Assembly: GCA_965153455.1 (NCBI GenBank) | Contig: OZ234494.1 | Location: 5,394,001 to 5,458,000 of the forward strand | Length of the DNA: 64,000 nucleotides | Direction: 5' to 3' | Source: Sphagnum compactum | Taxonomy: Eukaryota | In this document: in pieces, positions 51,401 through 64,000 of the stretch | Layout of the letters: each line of letters starts with the position of its first letter | Position numbering within the stretch: the first letter of the stretch is position 1 | Notes under the pieces: generated by a model | The model's input: the letters and a program-made list of their open reading frames with translations, nothing else | The model's database searches: none | What the model was told of the DNA's origin: nothing | Position numbers and translations under genes: made by a program

Positions 51401-53714
51401 CCCCCTTTAAAAACACATGCATTTATTTATTTTTTTGTTCTATAAATCATTTCTTATTATAACTTTTGTGCATTGTTATTTTTATAATCCCTTGTGGTCT
51501 TGTATTCACTTTTGTTTGTAATTGATTTGAACTGTTGTTTATAAACTACAGAATGTTATTTGTAACTTTAAAAGGGAAAAAGCAATGTTTGCCACTAAGT
51601 TTTTTATTCTGAAATGGTGCTGATGTTGTCACATATTTGACCACGGCCCACTTCAAGACTTCTAGTACTAGGAGGCTTTGAGAATATCTCTCAAATTATA
51701 TTTTAAATTTAAATTGTCCTTTTGGGAGGTTTTTAGAATTATTTTTTTAATAATGTATTTTTCATTTCAAAAGTTTTGTACAATTCAATTTAACTATTTT
51801 GACAAGTTGGTGGCCACTAGGTACAATTTGTATTTAAAACAACATTTAATAAATTTTGGGTAGTTGTTATTTATTATAGATAAATTTTTGAATTTTGCAG
51901 CTTGTTTCCCTTTTACTTGTTATATGATCTAGATTTTGTAATTGGTGTAACTTCCTTTTCTCTTGTTATATGCCCAATGGCCACCATGCCTCAAATTCTC
52001 TTTGGATTTCAAATATTCAAAACAATATTTGTTTGCATTGTGTAAATTGTATTTCATTAAATCATCCTACAATCTCATTTTTTCTTCCTTTTAAAGAACT
52101 TACAATGGTGTTTCCAAGGTTTAATTTGTATAACTTGGGATGTAAACTATAATTTTAAAAAGCTTTTCCTTGTGGTTAACAACCAAGTCCTAGTGGCCAC
52201 AAGGTCATGATGGAAGTACTCTAATATTTAACATTGTAAATTTTTTGTTTGCATTTTTAGACTTTTGTAAAGTCCTAAATTAATTAAAGATGTTCTTATA
52301 AGATTTCTATTTCTTGGATTTTGGGAAGAGCTTTTTTAGGAGTTCTTGTTTGTAAATATGTGTTCTTGTCCTCATTGACAATTAGCCTAAATTGGGGTTT
52401 GTTTGTAGAAGGAATAAGGGTCAAGAGTTTAAAGGTTGGGATCTTTTATAACGAGCAATGTTGCAAATTTTTGCAATATTTAGAAGGTTTCCTAGCACCC
52501 TTATGTTTTCGTAACGTGATCTTCTTCCAAGTATATGTTTTCATTCTTTTTGTATGTCCACAATTTTTGTCTTAGCTACATTTCCAAGTTTGATGCATTG
52601 AAAAGTCCTTCCATGTTTTTGTTTCCTTTCTATTCATTAGATTTGTCTTACATTTTGAAAATTGTTATGTTTTATGTGTGTCAATACATTAGTCTTACAT
52701 GTATTATGGGATGCAAATTGCAAAGTAGAGATTTTTGAAAAGTGATTGAAGATGTTATTATAATAATGAGATGCACATGAAACTTTATTGCAACAATATT
52801 AAGTTTGCAAAAAAAATTCTTTTGTTTATTTTCCTCAAGATTGTTGTCAATACAAGTTGACATTGAATATTCATCATCTAGATTTAGGATTAGCAATTTT
52901 CAAGGGATTTGGCCAGTTTTGTTTAGGGTTTTCAAAGACAAGAGCTCATAGATAGTGAAAGTCAAGACTTAAAAGCTTTTGGTTGGGTGTCAAGAATTGT
53001 TCAACATTACAATAAAATGAATTAAGGTGATCTTGGACTTTGGTGTTGGGGTACATTCAAGATCAAGATACCTCGAAGGATTGTCACACATGCAAAAATA
53101 TGGACATATGTAATTTTCAAGTATCATAAAGATTTAAAAATTTGCCTTTTTATACCAAATTTCATGTGTCCCTGAAGATTACATTCAAATGAAATGAATG
53201 GCATAAAAAAATCAAATATTTGACTAGAGAATGATGTCCATTTTTGTCCTTAAATATAAAAGTTCAAGAATATCACATGACAAAAAAAATATTTTAAGGA
53301 CATGAAACGATTAGTAAAAACAATTGAATTATTAATATTTTGAATTCATATAATGTATGAAGGCCATATTTACCTATTTAATCTACTAGAATAATTTGTG
53401 AATCAATATTTACAAAAAAAAGGATTTCAAAAGATCAAAAATGTTTTAAGGAATGTTGGCCACAAGGTTAAAAACTAGCAATTTGGTCATTTCATGGATT
53501 TGAAGGGTACAAATATCTTGTTGTCATTAAAATTAAAACCATAATGAAAATCAAGGTAAAATATCCAACTTTAAAAATTAAAAATGGGAGAAATAATATA
53601 CACATCCTAAAAATGGTTTCTAATAAGGTACCCTGATCTTGAATGTACTCGTTGGGATTGCATTTGTGTGGCAAGGTGCCAAAGGATGATTTTGTGACAA
53701 TGTACCTTAAGAAT

Positions 53715-54662
53715 CACTACAAGAAATCATGGTTTTTCAAAAGGTTCAACTTGACTAAAATGTCCACATTAACCAAAAAGATGTTCACTTTGACTCAAGC
53801 ATAAGGCATGAAAGACTCATGGTTCTTTTGGTTTGTTTTTTTGACTGAAATGATCATTTTGACCAAGTGTTATTGTACATCTAATCAAGAAGGACAATTT
53901 TTAAAATGGTCCATCATATACCTACCATTTACCTACCTATGTTTTATCTACCTATGTCTTACCTACATACCTACCTACCTACTTACTTATCTACCATCTA
54001 CCTACATACCTACCTATAATTTACATAAGTAGGTATGAACATTTAAAAACATAAGTAGGTAAGCATGTGTACCTACCTATCTACCTATTTAGGTACCCAC
54101 TAACCTATTTATGAAAAAAATTAAAGTTCAAATGTTGTTATACACATTGACAAAACATGTCATGGAAATTCAAGGATACATGTTAAATCTAGTTGGTATC
54201 ATATTGTTTTACAAAATTATGGGGTGGTTTGATTGCCAAGACATTGGTGTGGAACCAAGGAAATCAAAGTTCAATCCCCTTTACCAACATATATTATGTG
54301 CAATATGTATATTCATATATATACCTTATACATGTGTGTAAAGGTAGAATACCTAAGTGGGTTGTGGATAGGTAGATAGGAAGCCATGGTGGGTAGGTAA
54401 TTATTTATTATTTATTTATTATTTGCATTTTTATATTTACAAATTGAGCTATTTTTAAAATTAAATTTGTTTAGCTACCCAAATTTTTGTTCCATTTGAC
54501 TAGTCAAAAAGACAATTTTATGATTAGTAAAAAAAACCACCAGTCAAGTTGGACGTGTTCAAATTGATTTGTCTAGTATGATTAAGTGGTCAAATTGACC
54601 AAGTGAAAATGATTAATTTTTTGTTTACTTTTCTAGTCAAATAACTATGATTTTTTGTAGTA
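53715..54662. mobile_element. Non-autonomous CACTA element
   Basis: TIRs CACTACAAGAAATCATGGTT / AACTATGATTTTTTGTAGTA; 3-bp TSD AAT (53712-53714, 54663-54665); subterminal TTGAC/GTCAA repeats; internal degenerate (CCTA)n. Confidence 0.88.
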
Positions 54663-57600
54663 AATCAAAAGCTTCCTACATACAAGTTCTAACTTCCTTG
54701 ACCTTAACCCCTTTTTTTTTGCAACTTTGTATGAATTAAGGTCTTTTATTTTTTAGCCACCAGTGTCCTTTTTCAAGATTCAAACATTTGGGTGTATGCA
54801 TCGTCTAGTGCTCATTTTAGGCAAATACAACACTCACAAGAGTCACAAGCAAGTTTTTATAAATGATCCATATGGACATGGCTTTAAATTCTAAGATTTC
54901 ATTCATGTATTTTTAACTATTAAACTTTTAGTCGTTAATGAAACCTTTTAAAACTATGTCAAAACCCATATTGAAAAATGTTGTTGTTAGTTGGTATGGT
55001 GAAATCATGTTGAAAATCCTAAAAGAAAAACCCATAAAATCCATAAAAATAAAAGCCCATTTAGATATTTCAATTACATACCCATTGGGCACAAAAAATT
55101 TGACAAATGAAAAAAAATCATTTCAAAAGGACTTTTGAAAACAAGTCCAATTTTGACCTTTCAAAAAGTTCATAACTATCATGATTTGGTTAAAATTTCA
55201 CACAAAAAAATTCACATTTAACTTTATGATTTCATTCTTCAACCCGTGTTTAATTAGTATAAACAATTTGGAGTGGAATTCAATATGAATTCTTGAATTT
55301 ATTAACAATCTACTCAACTGATTAATCCATAATTTTTAATTCAAAAGTCCATTATTGATAATGAATACATTGTTTTCAAAAAAATAGTTGTGCAGATGTC
55401 TTCATAATCAAGTATTAGTCTAGAATGAGCCATCATTTTGAATATTCAAAATTATTCACCATAAGCATTTAAACACAAAGCACCATGTATTGAGTCCCTA
55501 TAATTTTTTTGAAATGAATCATAATAAAAAATACATTTGAATATTAATGCAAAGTCCAAATTATAGTCCATATGTCCATTTTAAAAGTCCATTATTAGAT
55601 GATTGGTGTATGTTTATTGAATCCCCCCCCCCCCCGTAAATATTTTAATTTGAGTTAGCAATCTTAATCCATAAATATTTTTGTCAAATTGATGATTTTA
55701 CAATGCATTTATGGCATTTGAATAGAGTACACTTTGCAAAAAGTCTATGAAGATGCAAAAAATGATTTAGCCTAACTTGCAACTACCCTACAAATTAGGT
55801 ATCAAAATTTATATGGGTCCATTGTACTAATTGGGAAAATGGTTATTTTGATAACAAGCCTCAATGGTTTTGTTGAAAACCATTGATATATTTTAATCAA
55901 TAGGGATTTGATTTTTTGGATACCTTGGCAAGATCCTTTTTAGGTGGATACTAGTGCATGAGGTCACTCATGCCTTGACTAGTGTTTTTCTCAAGAATTT
56001 TTATTTGAAAAAAGTGGCAATCATCTTTGGGAAGATTTAGCCACTCTTGGTATTAACCAAAAATAAAGAAATTTTTTTTGTCATCCCTTTTTTGTCTACA
56101 CAATGGAAACCAAATAAATGAATTTGGTGGTTCTTCCTTTTTTTCCTCACTTTTGGTGATTGAAACTTTCAAAATCACTTCTTATTTGAATTTTCAATAT
56201 TTAAAATTTTTTTTGGGCCAAATGTGTTTAATAAAAAAAACACATTGGCCTTGGTAGTTAAGGATGAAGTTATTTTCTAATTAAGAAGTGAAAGCATGGT
56301 ATTTTATACAAAAAAAGTTGATGAAAAAATATCAAGTTTAAAAAGAGACAATTTTTCATGAAAACACAAGAAAATAGATTCAATTTTATTTAAATTTCAT
56401 ATTGAAACCATGGTGCTTTCCACTGGGTTTGTATTAAGTTGAATACAAAATTTGAAAAACTTTGAAATAATAAAAGTAGGAAACAAATATCCTCCTGACT
56501 AATCCACCATGATTATAGAAAAAAAATATGTTTTCCTATTTATTTGTAACTACTTACTCTGAAAATCAAGATATTATTAGGCCTTTAAAAGCATTTACAA
56601 AATTTTAATTTAAGCTTGTCAATTTCAACAAAGAGCCATTTGATAAAAGAAGTAACCATCGTTGGTATGGTATATAAGGTTTTGGCAAGTATGTACTTGG
56701 GTACATGTTGAACTGAAACCAACTAGTATCACTTTATAAAAAATTTGGGACATGTTCTGATTTCGCTTCATAGTGTTTTCCCCTTTTGAGAAAGTCCTAT
56801 TCATATATTGTTTGTCAATTTTTTTTGTGTTTTTGGGAATGTCTTGAATATAAATTCTAAATAAATTTTTGAAAAAATTGGGGTTTTATGTTTTGTATTG
56901 TTCATGAGTGGTGAGAATTGTATATTATCATGTACCCTTCAATGGAACAACTCCTCTAGTTTGTAGGCTAAAAACAAGCATCACTTAGTGATTTTTTATT
57001 GAATTTTTTTTTTCACTTTAAATAGAATCATGATGTGAATATTGGATATTGTATGCATATGATCTCATACCAATTGATATCATGCTTAATCATGTTCATT
57101 CATATTCAAGACATTTTCGGAATATATATTATATCGACATACCTAATATGTCTATTGGAAGAAGATTTTAATACCCATGTTTTTATCTAGCATTTAAATT
57201 GGAACAACTTTAATATTAGTATTGGTATGTTGAAATGGACATACCACCCAACATTGGAAGCATTAAGCCTAAAGTTCAAAACTAAATTGCAATTCCATTA
57301 ATATGTAATGAAACCAAATACTTGGACCCTAGAATGATATTTTGATCAAAATTTTAAAAGTAGACCAAATCAAATTTTTACATTTTTGAAAATTTCTTCC
57401 ACTTTCCAAACCTTTCTACAATGTAATATAAAGAATTCTCCAAAATCTATCATTTGATAATTTTATGTATGGAAGAGTTGGCAATTGCAAAATTAAGGTT
57501 TTTTTTCCATTTTTGTATTGGAGATAATTTGTCTAATTCAAGGATAGAAAATTAGCCAATATGGTGAATAGCTTAAGATTTTATAATAATTTGGGTTTGT

Positions 57601-59407
57601 AAAATTTGGATGTGTTGAAAAGGTTATTTGAAAAGTTTACTTAATTTGTAGTTTAAGTGTTTACAATGCAAGCATAGAAATTCAATTTTGTAGGGTAAAA
57701 AGTCAAATTTGACTAAGAAAATCAAACTGAAGTTAAACAATGTGCAAGAAATGTATTTTTTTGGCCATGAATAGTAAATGTGTTTAGACCCCATAGCCAC
57801 ATGCAATGTCTCATACAAATTACAATTGGTGAATAAGTTATAACACCAAAGAGAGGACAATGGATTAGATGAGCTTTAGGTGAACTAGCACCCACATTGG
57901 TAACATGGTAAAAACCTCAAAAACCTTTGAACTTGTTTTGAACATTATAAATATCCCATGCCTAGATTAAATCATGGTTTCTAAATCCAAATCTAGCATT
58001 TCTTAGTAAGTTTTATATGATCATAAACTTGATATTAAACATGATAAGATTGTATGCTTCAAGGTTTATTAAATCAAGGTTTTTGCTAGGTCCAAATTGA
58101 ACTTTTGGGTGAAAGTAGACAAAGTGCCTAAAAAATTGTAGTCACAAGTATAATCCTTTTGTAATTAATTTTGTTGATAATGTATGGACATCATATTTTG
58201 AATTATTTTTGTTTGTTTTAAGTGTATTTGATTAACATTAGACTTAATATAATCAATTATTTTTTAAAATTCAACAAATATTGAAGAACTTGAACATATA
58301 GAATATATTTATGACAAAATAATACCCATCACAGAGTTTGAAAAATTGCATATCACTATGAGAAAATTGTGTCCGTGGGTGAAAGCATGAATAGGGGGAC
58401 TATTTGGACTATCACATTTATAATTATTTTGGATTACATACAAATGTAAAATTTAAAACCATATTCAAAATTAACATTATCAAATTTTCAATTATTCATG
58501 TTGTTATAGACTTTAATGGAATAATCATAAATGTTTTGGATAAATTCTAAGAAGAATATGGACTTTTGAAATGACAACATTATGCTTGTCACACAGAGAA
58601 AAATGTGAACTTAAAAAAATACATTAAAGTAGTGTCAAAATAAAAAGTAAAAAATTTAACATCATCAAATGAAAAATTGATTACTGAAGTGCATTGAAAT
58701 TTTCCTAATATATATTTTTTAAAATTAATTTTTATTAAATGACATGATTGTTATAAATTTTATCGTTGGGAGTCCATTTCACATCAAAAAATTTAATCTT
58801 TTGTATCGATTGTTTGATCAATCACATGTTTAGGGATATTCATAGGTTGACTTATTAATATTTATGATTAAAAACATACAGGATAATTATAGGATTTATG
58901 GTTTGATAATTGTTAAAACTATAAAAAAATCATTAGTGTTAGATTATGGACTTTCAAATGTCAATTTTGAGACACCTAACCATGCTTTTGCCCCCATTAC
59001 AACTTGTCCAATGCAACTAAAAAATGTTGGATGCAACTAGATTATGTAATTGTTTTAAGTTGGATTGGACAAATTACAATGGACATGATTTTTTCATTGT
59101 GTATACTTCAAAATTAAAGGTGTGGGTGGAATTTTTGGGCAAATTTTTCTATGGTGTATGATATTGGTACACATTAATTCAATCCAAAACCATTTAGAAA
59201 TTTACAGTTTTGGATGAAATTTCATTCAAAAAATGTGATTTTTTGCATTTGGTTAACAATAAATGCATAATAATATATATGTTTTTAGGGAAAACTCACT
59301 ACCATATCAAAGAGAAGGAGATTCACAAATGGTCATTATGTCATAGTTTTAATTTTTTTTAGTTTAATAATGTTTTATGAACCACAAACTTGAAGTTGGG
59401 CGTATCG

Positions 59408-60000
59408 ATCCTTGGGTGGTACCACTAGGAATCATTTCAAAGAATGGTTAATGAACCAAAAATGACCAAACCATTTTCCTAGGCCTTCTATTTTAAATGT
59501 TTTCACAACTATATATATTTTTTCATTTTTATTAATTGCATGCACTAATATATGGCTTGAAGTTTATTTTGGAATAAATAAAATTTTCAATGTTAAAAAT
59601 TTGTATTCCTAATTAGAATAGCCCCTTTAGAATAATAGCCTTAATTTTGGAAATTCATAATTAAATTATACTTATTCAATTAATTGCCTAATAAAAACCT
59701 AAAAATAAGTGACTTCCAAATTACTTGAAGAAAAACAAATCTCAAGAAAATTTTAAAATTTGTGTTCAAGGAAAAGAACCAGTGTTATGTTTTTAAAACC
59801 TTTTTAAAATGCAATGATTAAGAACATCAAAATACACAGTATTTATGATATTATTGAAATTTCTAAAATATATGAAACCTAATAAATGTAATCATTAAAA
59901 AATTTATGAAAATATTTATTTAAATATTTCCTATGATTTTCCAAAGTTCGATGGGTCTAAAAATTAAGGTGTGACATTCCTAATGCTACCACCCAAGGAT
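59408..60000. mobile_element. ~590-bp MITE with 25-bp TIRs
   Basis: ATCCTTGGGTGGTACCACTAGGAAT vs ATTCCTAATGCTACCACCCAAGGAT (23/25 inverted match), AT-rich interior; TSD not clear. Confidence 0.65.
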
Positions 60001-60732
60001 GGGCTTGCTTAGCCCTATGGCCATTGAACAAATGTAAATTATATATTCTATTTAATCCATTTCATTTAACTATTGGATAAAAATTAATTTTGATTCAATG
60101 TGAACTTTAATTGAATTCTAAAATGTTGTCATGCAAATTCTAAAATGGTGCTTAAATAGCCTAAAGATGTCATTAAGATTTTAACTTACTATGTTCTACA
60201 ATAGTAGATATTTGTTATACATCACTTTTTTCTTGGTGAAAAGTGGCGCAATGCCTTTAATGTGCTTTCACAATTTTCCTAAACTTAATGTGACCACCAA
60301 GATGCCTCACTCAAAAATATTAGTAAGGGTGCTAGTTCACCTGTGCTTATCAAATCACACTATTGCTTTTGCACCTAAACAAATAGTTACTACTTCAATC
60401 ATTTCGACAAAACACTATAGTAAAATCATTAGCCTTGATAAACAAGGCATTCCCATTGCCTTTTAAGTTTTCACCAACTTGGAAAAAATCCATCTGATCA
60501 CACTTGATACACATGTTCCTATGTAAAGTAAATTTGACAATGATTTGAATAATACAATCATGTTATCACAAACATGGATAAGGCCAGAGGGGGGATAAGG
60601 CTTAAACTTTAATTATTGACCACCTAAAATGCAAACTATCATTCAAACATGTCTTGTCAAAAAAAATCAATCACATAATAAAACACATCTACTACAGCTA
60701 ATGAATGGCATGGCTAATTGACAACCTATAGC

Positions 60733-63700
60733 ACAACGATTTGGCTATCATTGACATGCTGATAAGGTTACATCTGACTAAATGGATGACGACCTAAATA
60801 TTCGTATGGTTCCATCCTTGTACAAAACTTTAGCTTTGGGGCAAAATGATGCCAAATTTTCACCTTTGTTTCAAGTGTATATGTAGTCAACCACCTTCAC
60901 AAAAAAAATTGCAGCTGCAAACATAACCCTTGAGATCCTGCATTGCAAAATATATCAATGCTATCTTTTTTCCTGAAAAAAATTAAAATTATCCAAAATT
61001 ATTTTAAAATTTCAGTGAACACTCATTTGTTTTCAAGAAATTTTAAAGGAAATTAAAGAAAAACTTCAAAGTATTTATGTGCACAAAGTTATATAAATTG
61101 CAGCCTTTAATTTTCTAACAAACTGGTACAAATTTGCACCCAGAAAAGTTAAAAGAAGAATATATTTTTGCAGATTCTTCAAAATCTCCCTAACTTTAAT
61201 CACACCCCACAAAAGAGTTCACCAGATTTAGACAGGTTCCTAGCGTTAAGTCAGGTTTGTCTCCTATATTTCTAACTATATTGAGAGTTTTTCAATAACT
61301 TGTCTCCATCAATGCTAAATCCTTTTTGGGATGATCACCACTAGTGCTCCATCACGAAAATGAAAAAAGAAAAGAAAAAAGGCTTGATAAACTGTGAACT
61401 CTCTTCTTCTTAGACAAAACAATTGACTACACTTGAAAAAAAGAGAAGAAAAGAATGTCCATAACTAATTTTGTATGATGAATTATGCAGGAAGGAATGG
61501 AATTTACTCTAGACATGTCTAAGATCTCTGGAGTTTTTGTTTGCACTTAAATTCCTCATTTCGAGTGCATTTGACACTTAAAGTATGTAGCACTCAACAA
61601 CTTGTACTTGACCTCCATTGAATCTGCGGAACTGAGCTGTAGCAGCACATGGGAATATTGTTCTCCATTGTCATCCATTGATCCCCGCTATCGTCCACTG
61701 TATGGATGTGCTGGTCCCTCCACCCTTAGTGCACGTAGGTAGAAATATGTAAGTGTGATGAGAAATGATCAGCAGTTTCAAGAGCAGACCAGAAAGAAAG
61801 AAAGCGGTCATTTCTTTAACTCAAGTCTTACCAACCCCCCCCCCCCCCCCCCAAAATATAATCCTGATCTCTAATAACTCATGCATCACATGATGTCTAT
61901 GTCATTTTTGAATTTGTCACATGCATGCAGGGATTTGTTTTTCAATTTTGTGCTAATATCAAAAATTTGCCAAAAAAATTTACATTAGGAAAAAAAAAAA
62001 TCCAAAATATTCCGGAAATTTTCGAAAAAATTCGAAAATTTTAGTGCAAAAATAATTTGGAAACTTGTCAGCAAATTTCTTTGGGGCTCGACTCAAGTGC
62101 AAAATTTAGTGCTGTAATTTACAATCATCATATCGAAAGTGCACGCTTTGCGCAATACGTCCATTTCATTTGGTAGCCATTCGCAGCAGTAGGCGGCAGT
62201 AGGCGCAAGCTACGAACGTGCTGATAACAGGTTAAACTATCTGTACACCGTGACATCTGTTCGCTACGGACGCACGGACGATTGGGTCGATGATACCACA
62301 ACAATAGATTGTGGTAACGCACGTTGCACCTGTGGCAGTACGTAGATGGTAACGAGGATATCTAGAATTGTTACGATTGAATTCGATTGATAAATACGTG
62401 GGTGCGCGTGACCTTATTTACCGACAGATGCAGAACTTACTACAAAATTGGAACCCCGTCAGTATTAGTACTAATGAGTAGATATTAGTGGACAAGGTTT
62501 AAATTGCTGAATCTACACGTGCACTGATTATGCCGGATATAGCTTGCAAATTGATTAGCCAATTGAAAACCCGCACACGAGCTGTCGTCCAAGGTTTGTG
62601 CATTATCTATGCTACAAAAACAGCTGACGTACACGCTTTGACGGACAGCACAATATGCATTTGTGGGGCTGCAGTTCAACGACTTTCCGTTTGTAACAAA
62701 GAACGAGCACTATCCTCAACCTCCTGCGGCTGCATTTGGATTTTGCGTTGGCGTAAAAACGGAGCACGAAGTAGCCTAATTAACTGCATCATGATTCCTA
62801 CTGCATTGGATTTTCCGTTGGCGACATAAGAGTCGCTCTGATCGACATCACATTGTCAAATTTGTTTTTCTCTTTTGCAGTTGGACTCCAGGAAATGTGC
62901 CCAGGGATCGTGCAATTATTATTTAGTAGCCATGGACTACAACCACGTGTTATTTATCATATCATTGCCTAATTTTAGGGTCGTACATAGGAAAAAATTC
63001 TTTTCAAACTTGCATTTTAGGATCAATCAGAGGATACTGAAAAGTTAGCCTCAGCGTTTCATTTGAAGGCAAATTTACGCCAAATTTCAACCTGAAAAAT
63101 AATATTGCGACCTAAGCAAAGAAAATTTCAAGGACAAAATGGCCCAAATTCTCCAGACCAAATTTTTTTTGGATGATGGCCAATTTAACTACATCACAAA
63201 ATCCTTAAAAGAAAACCTGGTTAGCCTCATCAGGCAAGCTGAGTCTTTTTTTGGGGGACCAAAACTCATCAGAAGGCGACACAGTTTTCTCAAAATGGAA
63301 TATTTGGTCACAAGTTTCCTTTTTGAAGAAAATAAATTCACCGACAAGGGTCAGAAAACTGTTTTTTCAGGGACGGTTTTGCAACATTTATGCTTACTGG
63401 CTACAGTTTCAGGGGTTCCTTGAAATAAAGTCGGAAGTTAAGTCAATTTCTGCCTATGGATGCTTGCCACCTGGCTACAAAAGTGAGAAATAGAAAACAC
63501 TGATCAGTCGCTAACAGTGCTCTTATAATTCCGCGTGCAGCAGCAGCAGCGCTCATGATTGATGACAAAAATTCAATTAAACATCACCAGCTTTGCATAG
63601 ATCTAGTATGGCTTTTCAAATCACCTCATGCGTTACGTCCCCAATAGATAATCAATTGAGTTTGAACTTTGAAATCTGAAGATGGAATGTGATAATCTTT

Positions 63701-64000
63701 GTAGCTTCTGCACGTGTGCGAATATGAGATCATCACACGAGAGCTCAAATTCTCCTAATTTCTTCTAAAGATGGAATATCTTTGCAGCAGCATGTGAGAG
63801 AGATCACACGAGAGTTCAAATTCTCCTAATTTCTTCTAAATATGCACTATCTTTGCAGCAGCATGTTAGAGAGATCACACTAGTGTGCAAATAAATTTAT
63901 CGATTAGGGACCTTAATCACGTGTGGCTAGAGGCCAGACCTGAGTAGCTCATGATATGTATGTACAGAAAAAAATGCATTCTACCCTTTCAAAACGAGTT
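60733..64000 (+). repeat. Segmental duplication, copy 2 of 31846-35100 (runs off the window end)
   Basis: See copy 1. Confidence 0.95.

Overview
Eukaryotic, AT-rich, CpG-depleted plant nuclear DNA. The repeat content looks like a moss, probably Sphagnum (an inference from recalled repeat motifs, not a search result). The window holds three spliced protein genes whose families I cannot name: a partial + gene at 86-821, a ~507-aa coiled-coil, tail-anchored protein at 22788-25606 (+) and a 186-aa Pro-rich protein at 36795-37860 (-). These sit among transposon debris: a Ty3/gypsy gag with LTRs, a CACTA transposase remnant, and hAT, CACTA, mariner-like and foldback non-autonomous elements. Also present are an intronless clathrin heavy chain pseudogene fragment, two tandem FCP1/NIF phosphatase pseudogenes, a palindromic ~50-bp array, and local duplications at 3.8-kb and 28.9-kb offsets. 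The most unusual unexplained signal is a set of apparently non-coding 250-950 nt islands (4448-5429, 16191-17081, 45783-46459, 48893-49228, 19977-20233, 21207-21550). By eye they fold into nested helices whose non-Watson-Crick pairs are mostly G-U on the + strand. One contains a ~120-nt pre-miRNA-like hairpin, and the three largest share a CAAGGTGCACCTTAT-like motif. All folding was done by eye and needs computational confirmation.
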